From contig DXMB01000001.1 in NCBI GenBank assembly GCA_019414425.1, forward strand, positions 20,754 through 84,753: 64,000 bases of DNA. The letters run 5' to 3'. This document shows positions 1-10,660 of the stretch, piece by piece. A program made the translations under genes and the position numbers. The notes beneath the pieces are model-generated. The model was not told the DNA's origin and did not search any database. It saw only the letters and a list, made by a program, of their open reading frames with translations. Numbering within the stretch: the first letter of the stretch is position 1; every line of letters begins with the position of its first letter. The stretch comes from Collinsella sp. (GTDB taxonomy: Bacteria > Actinomycetota > Coriobacteriia > Coriobacteriales > Coriobacteriaceae).

Positions 1-412
1 AGCGCGTGGTGGCATTGAGCTGATCAAGGCTGTCGATCATGCGGGCGAACTTGTCGCGCTGACGGTTGAGCAGCGGGGAGGTGTAGCCGTGGATCTCGAT
101 CTGGAGGTCGACGAACATCTCGAGATACTCACCAAAGCGCTGGGGCTCGGCAGTCATCTTCTCGGCAAGGGTGGTGCCCGGAACCTTCTCGGTCACGAGC
201 GCCCAGCCGTTGGCGTTCTCGAGCTGGGAAACCTCGAGAGCCTTGGGGCTGCGGATGCCGCACTCATTGATGCGGGCAAGATTCAAAGCCTCGTTGAACA
301 CGTCGGAGACAGGCTTGGTCTCGTTAAAGACCTTGACGATCTTGTCGCCCAGGTCGTAAACGACCTTGTTGCCACGGCGGACGAGCTCGGTCTTGGAATC
401 GGGTAGCAGCAT
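1..412 (-). CDS. phosphotransferase-family protein (APH / choline-kinase-like), N-terminal part; gene runs off the left edge
   Basis: My own reverse-complement translation from the ATG at complement 410-412 gives MLLPDSKTELVRRGNKVVYDLGDKIVKVFNETKPVSDVFNEALNLARINECGIRSPKALEV...PGTTLAEKM..., open to position 1. It is absent from the ORF track because there is no stop in the window. The listed + ORF 89-406 is its antisense shadow. Confidence 0.5.
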   Translation of the reverse strand, partial: MLLPDSKTELVRRGNKVVYDLGDKIVKVFNETKPVSDVFNEALNLARINECGIRSPKALEVSQLENANGWALVTEKVPGTTLAEKMTAEPQRFGEYLEMFVDLQIEIHGYTSPLLNRQRDKFARMIDSLDQLNATTR

Positions 413-444
413 GGTTGCATCCTTTCAACGATGCGATAGAAGCG

Positions 445-483
445 ACGGCGGGGGTGTGTGAAACACCCGTGCACCCCCGCCGT
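445..483 (-). terminator. GC-rich hairpin just downstream of adhE; possible terminator without a clear U-tract
   Basis: ACGGCGGGGGTG (445-456) pairs with CACCCCCGCCGT (472-483). On the minus strand the T-run lies before the stem rather than after it, so it is not canonical. Confidence 0.3.
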
Positions 484-500
484 TAAAAACCGTGCTAAAA

Positions 501-3149
501 CTAGCAGACGGCGTAGTCCTGAGGCTCGCGGCCGTAGTAGGCGTCCAGGTAGAGCTCCTTGATCTCGCTCATGAGCGGGTAGCGCGGGTTTGCGCCGGTG
601 CACTGGTCGTTGAATGCCTGCTCGGTCATCTCGTCGAGGGTGTCGAGGAAGTACTGCTCGTCAACACCGTAGTCGGCGATGGTCTTCTTGACGCCGATGA
701 AGTCCTTGAGCTCCTCGAGCTTCGTGATGAAGTTCTCGAAGACCTCCTTGTCGTCCTTGCCCTCGATGCCGCAGTACTTGGCCATCTCGGCGTAGTTGTG
801 CAGCGCGTTGGGGTAAGGATACTGGGAGAAGGTACCCATCTTGACGGGAGCCTCGGCGGCGTTGTAGCGCATGACGCGGGTCAGGATGACGGCGTTGGCG
901 AGGCCGTGGGGCAGGTGATGGAAGGCGCCGAGCTTGTGAGCCATGGAGTGGTTGAGGCCCAGGAAGGCGTTGGCGAAGGCCATACCGGCCATGCAAGAGG
1001 CGTTGTGCATCTCCTCGCGGGCATGCGGGTCCTTGGCGCCGTTCGTGAAGCTGGAGGGCAGGTTCTCGAAGACGAGCTTAGCAGCGCGCTCGGAGAGGCC
1101 CTTGGTGTAGTCGGAAGCCATGATGGAGACGTAGGACTCGATGGCGTGGGTCATGACGTCGATGCCGGAGGCAGCGGTCAGGCCGCGCGGGGCGGTCATG
1201 CAGTTGTCGGCGTCGACGATAGCCATGTTGGGGAGCAGCGCGTAGTCGGCGAGCGGCCACTTGATGCCGGTCTCCTTGTCGGTGATGATGGCGAACGGCG
1301 TGCACTCGGAGCCGGTACCCGAAGAGGTCGGGACGGCGACGAAGTAGGCCTTCTTGCCCATCTCGGGGAAAGTGAAGATACGCTTGCGGATGTCCATGAA
1401 GTCCATGGCCATGTCCTCAAACTTGCACTCGGGGTGCTCGTACATCATCCACATGATCTTGCCGGCGTCCATAGCGGAGCCACCGCCGACGGCGATGATG
1501 ACGTCCGGCTCAAAGAGAGCCATCTGCTTGGCGCCGCGACGTGCGCACTGCAGCGACGGATCGGGCTCGACGTCGTAGAAGCAGTCGTGGGCGATGCCCA
1601 TCTCGTCGAGCTTGGCCTCGATGGCGCGGGTGTTGCCATTCTTGAAGAGGAACTGGTCGGTGACGATGAAGGCGCGCTTCTTGCCCATGACGGTACCGAG
1701 CTCGTCGAGGGCGACGGGCGTGGAACCCTTCTTGAAGTAGACCTTCTCGGGAGCGCGGAACCACAGCATGTTCTCACGGCGCTCGGCCACAGTCTTAACG
1801 TTGATCAAGTGCTTCACCCCAACGTTCTCGGAGACGGAGTTGCCGCCCCAGGAGCCGCAGCCCAGGGTCAGAGACGGCTTCATGCCAAAGTTGTACAGGT
1901 CACCGATGCCGCCGTGCGAGGACGGGGTGTTGATGACGATGCGGCAGGCCTTCATGACGTGCTCGAACAGGCTGATCTTCTCGGCCTGGGCGGGGTGCAC
2001 GTACAGAGAGGCGGTGTGGCCCGGGCCACCGGCGAGCACCAGGTGCTCGGCCTTGTCGACGGCCTCCTGGAAGTCCTTGGCGTGGTACATGGCCAGGACC
2101 GGGGAGAGCTTCTCGTGGGAGAACTCCTCCTTGGCGGGGTCGGTGGAGGTGACCTCGGCGATCAGAATCTTGGTCTTGGCGGGAACCTCGATGCCGGCGA
2201 GCTCGGCGATCTTGGCGGCAGCCATGCCGGGGATGCGGTGATCGAGGGCGCCGTTCTTGAACATGGCGGCACGCAGAGCCTCCATCTCGGCACCCTGCTT
2301 GACGAAGTAGCAGCCGCGCTTCTGGAACTCGGCCTTAACCTGGTCATAGATGGTGTCGATAACGGTCACGGACTGCTCGGAAGCGCAGATCATGCCGTTG
2401 TCGAAGGTCTTGGAGTGGATGATGGAGTTGACGGCGAGCAGCACGTCGGCGGTGTCGTCGATGATGACCGGGGTGTTACCGGCGCCAACGCCCAGGGCGG
2501 GCTTGCCCGAGGAGTAGGCGGCCTTGACCATGCCCGGGCCACCGGTGGCGAGGATGATGTCGACGTCGCGCATGACCATGTTGGTCAGCTCGATGGAGGG
2601 GACATCGACCCAGCCGATGATGCCCTCGGGGGCGCCGGCCTTGACGGCGGCGTCAAGCACGAGCTTGGCGGCGGCGATGGTGCACTTGGCGGCTGCCGGG
2701 TGCGGGGAGATGATGATGCCGTTGCGGGTCTTCAGGCTGATCAGCGTCTTGAAGATCGCGGTGGAGGTGGGGTTGGTCGTCGGGATGACGGCGCCCACGA
2801 TGCCGATGGGCTCAGCGATCTTGGTGATGCCGTAGGCCTCGTCGCGCTCCAGAACGCCACAGGTCTTGGTGTTCTTGTAAGCGTTGTAGATGTACTCAGC
2901 GGCGTAGTGGTTCTTGATGACCTTGTCCTCAAGAACGCCGCGGCCGGTCTCCTCGATGGCCATCTTCGCCAACGGGATACGAGCCTTGTTGGCGGCCATG
3001 GCGGCCTCATAGAAGATCTTGTCGACCTGCTCCTGCGTGTACGTAGCAAAAAGCGCCTGGGCCTCTCGCATCTGAGCGAGCTTAGCCTCAAGCGCCTCTA
3101 CGTTGTCCACAATTGCGGGAGTAGTGTTTTCCGGTGACTTTTTCACCAT
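501..3149 (-). CDS. adhE: bifunctional acetaldehyde-CoA / alcohol dehydrogenase
   Basis: 882-aa ORF with an N-terminal aldehyde dehydrogenase half (…PTTNPTSTAIFK…ATGGPGMVKAAYSSGKPALGVGAGN…) and a C-terminal Fe-ADH half (…GGGSAMDAGK…). RBS AAGGAGACA lies upstream of the ATG. Confidence 0.95.
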   Translation of the reverse strand: MVKKSPENTTPAIVDNVEALEAKLAQMREAQALFATYTQEQVDKIFYEAAMAANKARIPLAKMAIEETGRGVLEDKVIKNHYAAEYIYNAYKNTKTCGVLERDEAYGITKIAEPIGIVGAVIPTTNPTSTAIFKTLISLKTRNGIIISPHPAAAKCTIAAAKLVLDAAVKAGAPEGIIGWVDVPSIELTNMVMRDVDIILATGGPGMVKAAYSSGKPALGVGAGNTPVIIDDTADVLLAVNSIIHSKTFDNGMICASEQSVTVIDTIYDQVKAEFQKRGCYFVKQGAEMEALRAAMFKNGALDHRIPGMAAAKIAELAGIEVPAKTKILIAEVTSTDPAKEEFSHEKLSPVLAMYHAKDFQEAVDKAEHLVLAGGPGHTASLYVHPAQAEKISLFEHVMKACRIVINTPSSHGGIGDLYNFGMKPSLTLGCGSWGGNSVSENVGVKHLINVKTVAERRENMLWFRAPEKVYFKKGSTPVALDELGTVMGKKRAFIVTDQFLFKNGNTRAIEAKLDEMGIAHDCFYDVEPDPSLQCARRGAKQMALFEPDVIIAVGGGSAMDAGKIMWMMYEHPECKFEDMAMDFMDIRKRIFTFPEMGKKAYFVAVPTSSGTGSECTPFAIITDKETGIKWPLADYALLPNMAIVDADNCMTAPRGLTAASGIDVMTHAIESYVSIMASDYTKGLSERAAKLVFENLPSSFTNGAKDPHAREEMHNASCMAGMAFANAFLGLNHSMAHKLGAFHHLPHGLANAVILTRVMRYNAAEAPVKMGTFSQYPYPNALHNYAEMAKYCGIEGKDDKEVFENFITKLEELKDFIGVKKTIADYGVDEQYFLDTLDEMTEQAFNDQCTGANPRYPLMSEIKELYLDAYYGREPQDYAVC

Positions 3150-3301
3150 TTGTGTCTCCTTGCGATCGGAGATTTACCCTACGTCTTGCATGATAGCAAT
3201 AAATAATTCGGTAAACGGTAAGATTCCTGTAAAAGGCATACTAAAACGCTTCAACAAACTGAAACGTTTTAACTAAAACAATCTGCCTGCTTCATCGCCC
3301 C

Positions 3302-3354
3302 GCTCATTGGGGACAGACTTACAATGAGTGGTTTCACTCATTTGGGACAGACAT
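3302..3354 (+). repeat. left REP doublet flanking the Y1 transposase gene
   Basis: CATTGGGGACAGAC and CATTTGGGACAGAC occur as direct copies 35 nt apart. They overlap short hairpins CTCATTG/CAATGAG and AATGAGTG/CACTCATT. This is the reverse complement of the unit at 4301-4354. Confidence 0.8.
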
Positions 3355-3482
3355 CGATTTGCGATTTTGTCGTTTTGGGCCTGTTTTTGTCGCTGATTGG
3401 ATATAAATAGGTCACAGGCTCAGCATTTCGCGTTTCTTCTCTCCTTTTAGGTGTTGCCTGTACGGCTTTGAAAGGAGAGACC

Positions 3483-4259
3483 ATGCCCCGATGCGCCCGC
3501 GAAATTTCGCTCACCGGCTATTACCACGTCTTTGACCGCGGTAACTCCAAACAGATCATTTTTGAACATGATTCCGACCGCTATCGTTTCCTATCGGACA
3601 TATCGGACAGGTTTGCGTGCCATGACGTGGCGGTGTTGGCCTGGTGTCTTATGGACAACCACTTCCATTTGATGGTTGATGACCCATATGACAACCTTTC
3701 AAAGGCAATGCAGTGCGCGCTGACGGCGTATGCCAAGTATTTCAATGGGAAAACGGGAAGAACGGGCCATCTGTTTGACAATCGCTATTCGCGGGTCGCG
3801 GTTGAGTCGGACACGCAGGCAGTGCAGCTGCTCGACTATATTCATCTCAATCCCGTGAAGGGTGCGCTTGACTCGCTCGAGGCGTACCGCTGGTCAAGCT
3901 ATAAGGCGTATCAGCTGGGCTATGATCCCTTTGACATCTGTGATGCGGCCCCTATGCTTGATGTTGTCGGAGGCTCCCGTCGCTATTGCGAGCATCTCAA
4001 GAAAGTTGCCGGGCGCATCTGGTCAGTGGAGGTTCTTCCGCGCCGGCGGATCCCCGATGAGGAGGCCCTTTTCGTTGCGCGCGAAGTCCTGACGAGCATA
4101 GATCCTGCGTTGCTCAAGGCCCTGCCACGCCCCGAACGCGATGCCTGCCTGCTGAGGCTCAGGCGGGCACATCTCACGGTCAAGCAAATTGCCCGTATCA
4201 CCGGTATCGGCGCCACAAGCGTGACCAAGGCTACTGCAGGCTGGAAGGATGCAGCGTGA
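3483..4259 (+). CDS. IS200/IS605-type Y1 (HUH) transposase, REP-associated (RAYT-like), with C-terminal DnaA-C-like HTH
   Basis: HUH motif NHFHLMV and catalytic-Tyr region LLDYIHLNP are present. The C-terminal LTVKQIARITGIGATSVTKA looks like an HTH. RBS AAAGGAGAG sits before the ATG at 3483 (the ORF track starts at TTG 3468). Confidence 0.8.
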   Translation: MPRCAREISLTGYYHVFDRGNSKQIIFEHDSDRYRFLSDISDRFACHDVAVLAWCLMDNHFHLMVDDPYDNLSKAMQCALTAYAKYFNGKTGRTGHLFDNRYSRVAVESDTQAVQLLDYIHLNPVKGALDSLEAYRWSSYKAYQLGYDPFDICDAAPMLDVVGGSRRYCEHLKKVAGRIWSVEVLPRRRIPDEEALFVAREVLTSIDPALLKALPRPERDACLLRLRRAHLTVKQIARITGIGATSVTKATAGWKDAA

Positions 4260-4300
4260 GATAGGGGCCGGAGCCGATCGGGACGCCGCATGCGTGCGTC

Positions 4301-4354
4301 ATGTCTGTCCCCAATGCGTGAAAACACTCATGTAAGTCTGTCCCCAATGAGTGC
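4301..4354 (-). repeat. right REP doublet (inverted copy of 3302-3354)
   Basis: GTCTGTCCCCAATG occurs twice (4303-4316, 4336-4349). The reverse complement aligns with the left doublet. Confidence 0.8.
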
Positions 4355-4388
4355 AAAAAAGGCGCTCTCCGTGGGGGAGGACGCCTTT
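4355..4388 (-). terminator. rho-independent terminator of rpmB
   Basis: The minus strand reads AAAGGCGTCCTCCCCCACGGAGAGCGCCTTTTTTG, a GC stem followed by a T6 tract. It abuts the right REP doublet. Confidence 0.8.
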
Positions 4389-4456
4389 GGTAAGTTCTAT
4401 ATGAACGCGAGGTCTTTGACCCGGAGAGTCCGAGGTACTTGTTGGTAAGACCTTAT

Positions 4457-4645
4457 TTAGGAGCGCGCAACCTTGCCAGACTTGAGGCAGGTGGAGCAAA
4501 CGTTCATCTTGCGACGGTGACCATCGACGACGACGTAGACGCGCTGGATGTTGGGGCGGAACTTACGGTTGGTGACGCGGTGAGAGTGGCTGATGGAGCG
4601 ACCGGCAACGGGGTGCTTACCGCAAACTTCGCAAACTTTGGACAT
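4457..4645 (-). CDS. rpmB: 50S ribosomal protein L28
   Basis: MSKVCEVCGKHPVAGRSISHSHRVTNRKFRPNIQRV... is preceded by RBS AAGGAGGG. The ORF-track start at 4693 is an upstream in-frame extension. Confidence 0.9.
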   Translation of the reverse strand: MSKVCEVCGKHPVAGRSISHSHRVTNRKFRPNIQRVYVVVDGHRRKMNVCSTCLKSGKVARS

Positions 4646-5085
4646 AACTGACCCTCCTTGGGCGACAAACGAACATGTCGCGTTAACAAACAAGCCTGAA
4701 CTATAGCACAGAAGTTGCTCCCTGTGCGCAATCTACACAGAGATATTCCTCTTTTGGCGATAGTGCCCACGCTACGGCCCTGGACGTAGATCCGATTTGC
4801 GTGCAACAGAGGGGATTATGCCAGCTCGTGCGTGTGTTTTCAAGCTCGTCCCACAAATAATATATAGGTTTATGGAGCATTGGGCTCCGTTTACGGATTG
4901 CTCTGTATTTATGCTCGCAATTAAGCTCGAGGTTGGCTACACTATCCCTTGACCATTAAAGGGGTACGAGATACCCACATGGAATTACATAGCTGTCAAA
5001 GAGCAGCCTTTCCTGTGGGTGTCTGGTCCGCTTTAAGCGGTCGGGCATCTATTTTTTTGACTGTGTCAGCAGTCAAGACATGTGA

Positions 5086-6614
<1,529 letters not shown>

Positions 6615-6631
<17 letters not shown>

Positions 6632-7904
6632 GAATGCCCACGTCGTCGATCCGTCCGTCGAGCTTGACGGTGTCGTCGACGTCCTGATCGACGGTGACAA
6701 GATCGCCGAGGTCGGCGAGAACCTCGCCGCCGAGGGAGCCGAGGTCCGCGACCTTTCCGGCAAGTATCTCGTCCCCGGCCTGGTGGATATGCACGTGCAT
6801 CTGCGCGAGCCTGGCTACGAGGTCAAAGAGGACATCGAGAGCGGCACTCGCGCAGCTGCCAAGGGCGGCTTTACCGGTGTGTGCTCCATGCCCAACACCG
6901 ATCCCGTCACCGATAACGGCACCGTCGTGGAGTTCGTCAAGTCCCGCGCTGCCGAGGTCGGCCACTGCCGCGTCTATCCGTCGGGCGCCATGACCCGCGG
7001 TCTTAAGGGCGAGGCCATGTCCGAGATGGGCGATATGGTCGCCCACGGCGCCGTCGCCTTCACCGACGATGGTCGCGGCGTGCAGGGCGCGGGCATGCTC
7101 CGTCGCTGCATGGACTACGGCAAGATGTTCGGCAAGGTCTTTATGAGCCACTGCCAGGACGAGGATCTGGTCGGCCACGGCCAGATCAACGAGGGCAAGG
7201 TCTCGACCCGTCTGGCCCTCGAGGGTTGGCCGGCCGCCGGCGAGGAGCTTCAGATTGCCCGCGACATCGAGATTGCCAAGCTGACCGGTGCCAAGCTGCA
7301 CATCCAGCACATCTCCACCGCTCATGGCCTGGAGCTCGTGCGTGCCGGTAAGGCTGCCGGTGTCCAGGTGACCTGCGAGGCCACCCCGCACCACATGTTC
7401 CTGACCGAGAACGACCTGGACGAGACCTACAACACCTCGCTCAAGGTCAATCCGCCGCTGCGCACCGACGAGGATGCCGAGGCCATCCGTCAGGGTGTCA
7501 TCGACGGTACCGTCGACGCTATCGTTACCGACCACGCTCCCCACACCCCGTGGGAGAAGGCCCGCGAGTTCGAGCTCGCGCCCTTTGGAATGATTGGCCT
7601 CGAGACTTCGCTGTCGCTCGTGCTCACTGAGCTGGTCAACACGGGCAAGATGAGCGTGAGCCGCATGGTCGAGCTCATGGCCATCAAGCCGCGTGAGATT
7701 CTGGGCCTCGATCAGGTTCAGGTCAAGGCGGGCTCTGTCGCCGACCTGACCGTGTTCGACCCCTCCGCAACCTGGACGGTTGGCGAGGACGGTTACGAGT
7801 CGCGCGCCGAGAACTCCGGTTTTGCCGGCCGCACGCTCACCGGTCGTGCCACCGATGTATTTGTCGGTGGCAAGCAGACGCTCGCCGACGGCTGCATCTG
7901 CTAG
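6615..7904 (+). CDS. pyrC: dihydroorotase
   Basis: MALLLKNAHVVDP...LVDMHVHLREPG... The ATG at 6615 follows GGAGGTG. It overlaps the pyrB end by 17 nt. The ORF-track start at 6459 lies inside pyrB. Confidence 0.9.
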
Positions 7905-7996
7905 CATAGCCTTATCGCTTTTGTGCGCGGCGCCCTTGCGGTGCCGCGCTTTCTGTTCGTTTAGACCATGCAACCGCATGGGGGATTGGAGCGTCT

Positions 7997-8788
7997 ATGC
8001 CCACACCTTCCACTGCACGCATGCACGACTTCGAGGTCGTCTCGAACCGGGAGATCGCCGACGGCATCTTCTCGCTCGTTATCTCGGCCCCCAAGCTTGC
8101 AAGTGCGCTCAAGCCCGGTCAGTTTGTGAACATCGCCGTCCCCGGCGATGCGTCTTCTCTGCTTCGTGTGCCCTTGAGTTTCTACCGCGCCGACGCCGAG
8201 GCCGGCACCGTCGAGCTGTGGTACGCCGTCGTGGGCGACGATACCCGCCGTTTGTCCAAGATGGGCCCTGGCTCCACCTCTAACCTGTTGGGCCCCGGTG
8301 GCCGTGGCTGGATGGTACCCGAGGGCACCAGGAAGGCACTGCTCGTCGCCGGTGGCATCGGCGTTCCGCCTGTGCTGTGTCTTGCCGGCATGCTTGCCGA
8401 GCAGGGTGTTGATGTGGACGTGTGCCTGGGCTTCGGCACCGCTTCCAAAGTCGTGGGTGTCGATGAGTTCCGTGCGCTGGGCGCCACGGTTAACGTGTGC
8501 ACCGACGACGGTTCGCTCGGCACGCACGGTTTTTGCACCGATCCTGCCGCAGAACTGCTTGGCGAGGGCGGCTACGACTACGTGGCCAGCTGCGGCCCCG
8601 CCGTCATGATGAAGAAAGTCGCCGCCGCTGCCGCTGAGGCCGGTGCGTACTGCGAGGTGTCGCTCGAGCGCATGATGAGCTGTGGCTTTGGCGCCTGCAA
8701 CACCTGCAATGTCGAGACGGTTGACGGTATGAAGGGTGCTTGTATGTGCGGCCCCGTGTTCGATGCTTCCAAGGTGGTGGTCTTCTAG
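7997..8788 (+). CDS. pyrK: dihydroorotate dehydrogenase electron-transfer subunit
   Basis: Ferredoxin-reductase-like fold. The C-terminal Cys cluster CGFGACNTCNV...CMCGPVF is typical of the PyrK 2Fe-2S site. Confidence 0.85.
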   Translation: MPTPSTARMHDFEVVSNREIADGIFSLVISAPKLASALKPGQFVNIAVPGDASSLLRVPLSFYRADAEAGTVELWYAVVGDDTRRLSKMGPGSTSNLLGPGGRGWMVPEGTRKALLVAGGIGVPPVLCLAGMLAEQGVDVDVCLGFGTASKVVGVDEFRALGATVNVCTDDGSLGTHGFCTDPAAELLGEGGYDYVASCGPAVMMKKVAAAAAEAGAYCEVSLERMMSCGFGACNTCNVETVDGMKGACMCGPVFDASKVVVF

Positions 8789-8802
8789 TGGGTACCGTGA
8801 AC

Positions 8803-9711
8803 ATGGCCGTCGATTTCGGCGGCGTCAAGATGCAGAACCCCATTAACACCGCAGCCGGTACCTTTGGCTACGGTTGGCAGTTCCAGAACTTCTTTGATGT
8901 TTCCCAGCTGGGCGCCATCACCACCAAGGGTTGCGCTGCCGAGCCCTGGCCCGGCAATCCCGCGCCCCGCATGGCCGAAATTCCCGGCGGTATGATCAAC
9001 TCCGTGGGTCTTCAGAACCCCGGCGTGGCCGCCTTTGCCCGCGAGTCCGGTCCGTGGCTCGAACAGCTGTCCAAGGACGGCTGCCAGGTCATCTGTCAGG
9101 TTGCCGGTCACTCCGTTGACGAGTTTGTCCGCGCACTCGAGATGTATGTCGAGCTATGCCCCTGGGCTGCCGGCTACGAGATCAACGTGAGCTGCCCCAA
9201 CATCGCCGCCGGCGGTGCCGCCATGGGCTCCACGCCCGAGGGCGCCTCTTCCGTCATGGCCGCCTGCCGCAAGGTGACTGATAAGCCGCTGTTCGTGAAG
9301 ATGGCGCCGGTCAACGTCGCCGAGATCGCCAAGGCCCTCGAGGCTGCCGGCGCCGACGGCCTTTCGGTCATCAACTCCATCCAGGGCATGGCCATCGACG
9401 TCCATACCCGCAAGTCCCGCGTGGCCAAGCCCAAGGGCGGCCTTTCGGGCCCGCTGTGCCACCACATCGCCGTGCGCATGGTCTGGGAGGTTGCCCAGGC
9501 CGTCGATATCCCCATCAACGGTGTCGGCGGTGTCATGACTGGCGAGGATGCGGCTGAGTTTATCCTGGCCGGCGCCACCTGCGTGTCGGTCGGCATGGCC
9601 AACTTCGTCGATCCGTGTGCTTCGCTTAAGATCGCGCATGAGCTCGAGGCCTGGGCCGAGTCCCAGGGCGTAAAGGACATCAACGAGCTGGTGGGTGCTT
9701 TCGAATGCTAG
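8803..9711 (+). CDS. pyrD: dihydroorotate dehydrogenase catalytic subunit (class 1B)
   Basis: MAVDFGGVKMQNPINTAAGTFGYG...NSVGLQNPG...INSIQGMA. An alternative GTG start at 8788 overlaps the pyrK stop. Confidence 0.9.
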   Translation: MAVDFGGVKMQNPINTAAGTFGYGWQFQNFFDVSQLGAITTKGCAAEPWPGNPAPRMAEIPGGMINSVGLQNPGVAAFARESGPWLEQLSKDGCQVICQVAGHSVDEFVRALEMYVELCPWAAGYEINVSCPNIAAGGAAMGSTPEGASSVMAACRKVTDKPLFVKMAPVNVAEIAKALEAAGADGLSVINSIQGMAIDVHTRKSRVAKPKGGLSGPLCHHIAVRMVWEVAQAVDIPINGVGGVMTGEDAAEFILAGATCVSVGMANFVDPCASLKIAHELEAWAESQGVKDINELVGAFEC

Positions 9712-10421
9712 AGAATGATGCCCGCGACCGTGTTATCGTCGCCCTCGACTGCGACCGTGAGCGCGCGCTCGAGCTCGCCCACGAGCTTTCGGGCCATGCC
9801 ACCTGGCTCAAGGTCGGCATGACGCTCTATTACGCCGAGGGTCCCCAGATCGTCAAGACGTTCAAGGACCTGGGCTTCAAGGTCTTCCTCGACCTTAAGT
9901 TCCATGACATTCCGCATCAGGTGCGCGGTGCCGCCCGTTCGGCCTCGCTTGCCGGTGCCGACCTGCTCTCGGTCCACGGCTTGGGTTCGGGCGCTATGCT
10001 CGCCGCGTGTCGTGAGGGTGCCGAGGAGGCGCGCGAGGACCGCGCCAAGCTCGTCGCCATTACCGTGCTCACGAGTATGAACCAGGATGCGCTGGCCGAG
10101 ATCGGCGTCGAGTCGCCCGTTGCCGAGGAAGCCGCCCGTCTGGCAAAGCTTGCCCAGACCAACGGCATCGACGGCATCGTGTGCTCGCCGATGGAGGCTC
10201 ATGACATGCGTGAGCTGCTCGGTCCCGACGCGCTGATCGTGACCCCGGGCGTGCGTCCGGTGGGTGCCGCTCTTGGTGACCAGTCTCGCGTGGCGACGCC
10301 TTCCCATGCTATCGAGCGTGGTGCAAGCCACATTGTTGTGGGACGTCCCATCACCGGTGCCGACGATCCGGTTGCCGCCTTTGACGCCATCGTCGCCGAG
10401 CTGGTCGAAAACGTCGCGTAA
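9705..10421 (+). CDS. pyrF: orotidine 5'-phosphate decarboxylase
   Basis: VIVALDCD...FLDLKFHDIPHQV...VVGRPIT. It overlaps the pyrD stop by 7 nt. Confidence 0.9.
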   Translation: MLENDARDRVIVALDCDRERALELAHELSGHATWLKVGMTLYYAEGPQIVKTFKDLGFKVFLDLKFHDIPHQVRGAARSASLAGADLLSVHGLGSGAMLAACREGAEEAREDRAKLVAITVLTSMNQDALAEIGVESPVAEEAARLAKLAQTNGIDGIVCSPMEAHDMRELLGPDALIVTPGVRPVGAALGDQSRVATPSHAIERGASHIVVGRPITGADDPVAAFDAIVAELVENVA

Positions 10422-10466
10422 AAGATTCCCCTAAGTCACCACTTTTGGGTCTCATTAGCACAAAAT

Positions 10467-10524
10467 AGCCCCTGTGCCTGCGTAAACTTTCCCATCCTTT
10501 GTGTGGAATCGCAGGTCAGGGGCT
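10467..10524 (+). other. 15-16 bp stem hairpin downstream of pyrF (terminator-like, no U-tract)
   Basis: AGCCCCTGTGCCTGCG (10467-10482) pairs with CGCAGGTCAGGGGCT (10510-10524), with one bulge. The loop is 27 nt. Confidence 0.4.
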
Positions 10525-10660
10525 TAACTTTGGGCGCAGTATATTGCACTTTTTGCGGGTATCGTCTAACCTATGGAGCCGCTATTGGGCATTTTGTACG
10601 TTCTACGTGCTAAAATGCCAATTATTGAATCAGATATAACCCAACTATTTGGAGGTACGA

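Larger units (their letters stand above)
3302..4354 (+). mobile_element. REPtron-like unit: RAYT-type Y1 transposase gene bracketed by inverted REP doublets
   Basis: About 53-bp units at 3302-3354 and 4301-4354 are inverted copies of each other, with 4 occurrences of GGGGACAGAC/GTCTGTCCCC. They enclose a single HUH/Y1 transposase ORF. Confidence 0.7.

Noticed and set aside
492-3137. Very long ORFs antisense to real genes. Examples: + 492-3137 (881 aa) opposite adhE; - 38726-41767 (1013 aa); - 27368-29815; - 29849-32152; - 32799-34655; - 23981-25939; - 44072-45880; - 35818-37245; - 20692-21876; - 21836-23140; - 11614-12711; - 5627-6763; - 6582-7979.
   Set aside because: They run across several well-supported sense genes. 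They have G/A/R/L/D/H/V-dominated low-complexity translations without recognisable motifs. Such ORFs are the expected stop-poor antisense frames of GC-rich coding DNA.
3150-3300. Rex or CcpA (cre) site upstream of adhE.
   Set aside because: The half-site orientation and spacing of the palindrome at 3242-3271 do not match either consensus. It is kept only as an unassigned palindrome.
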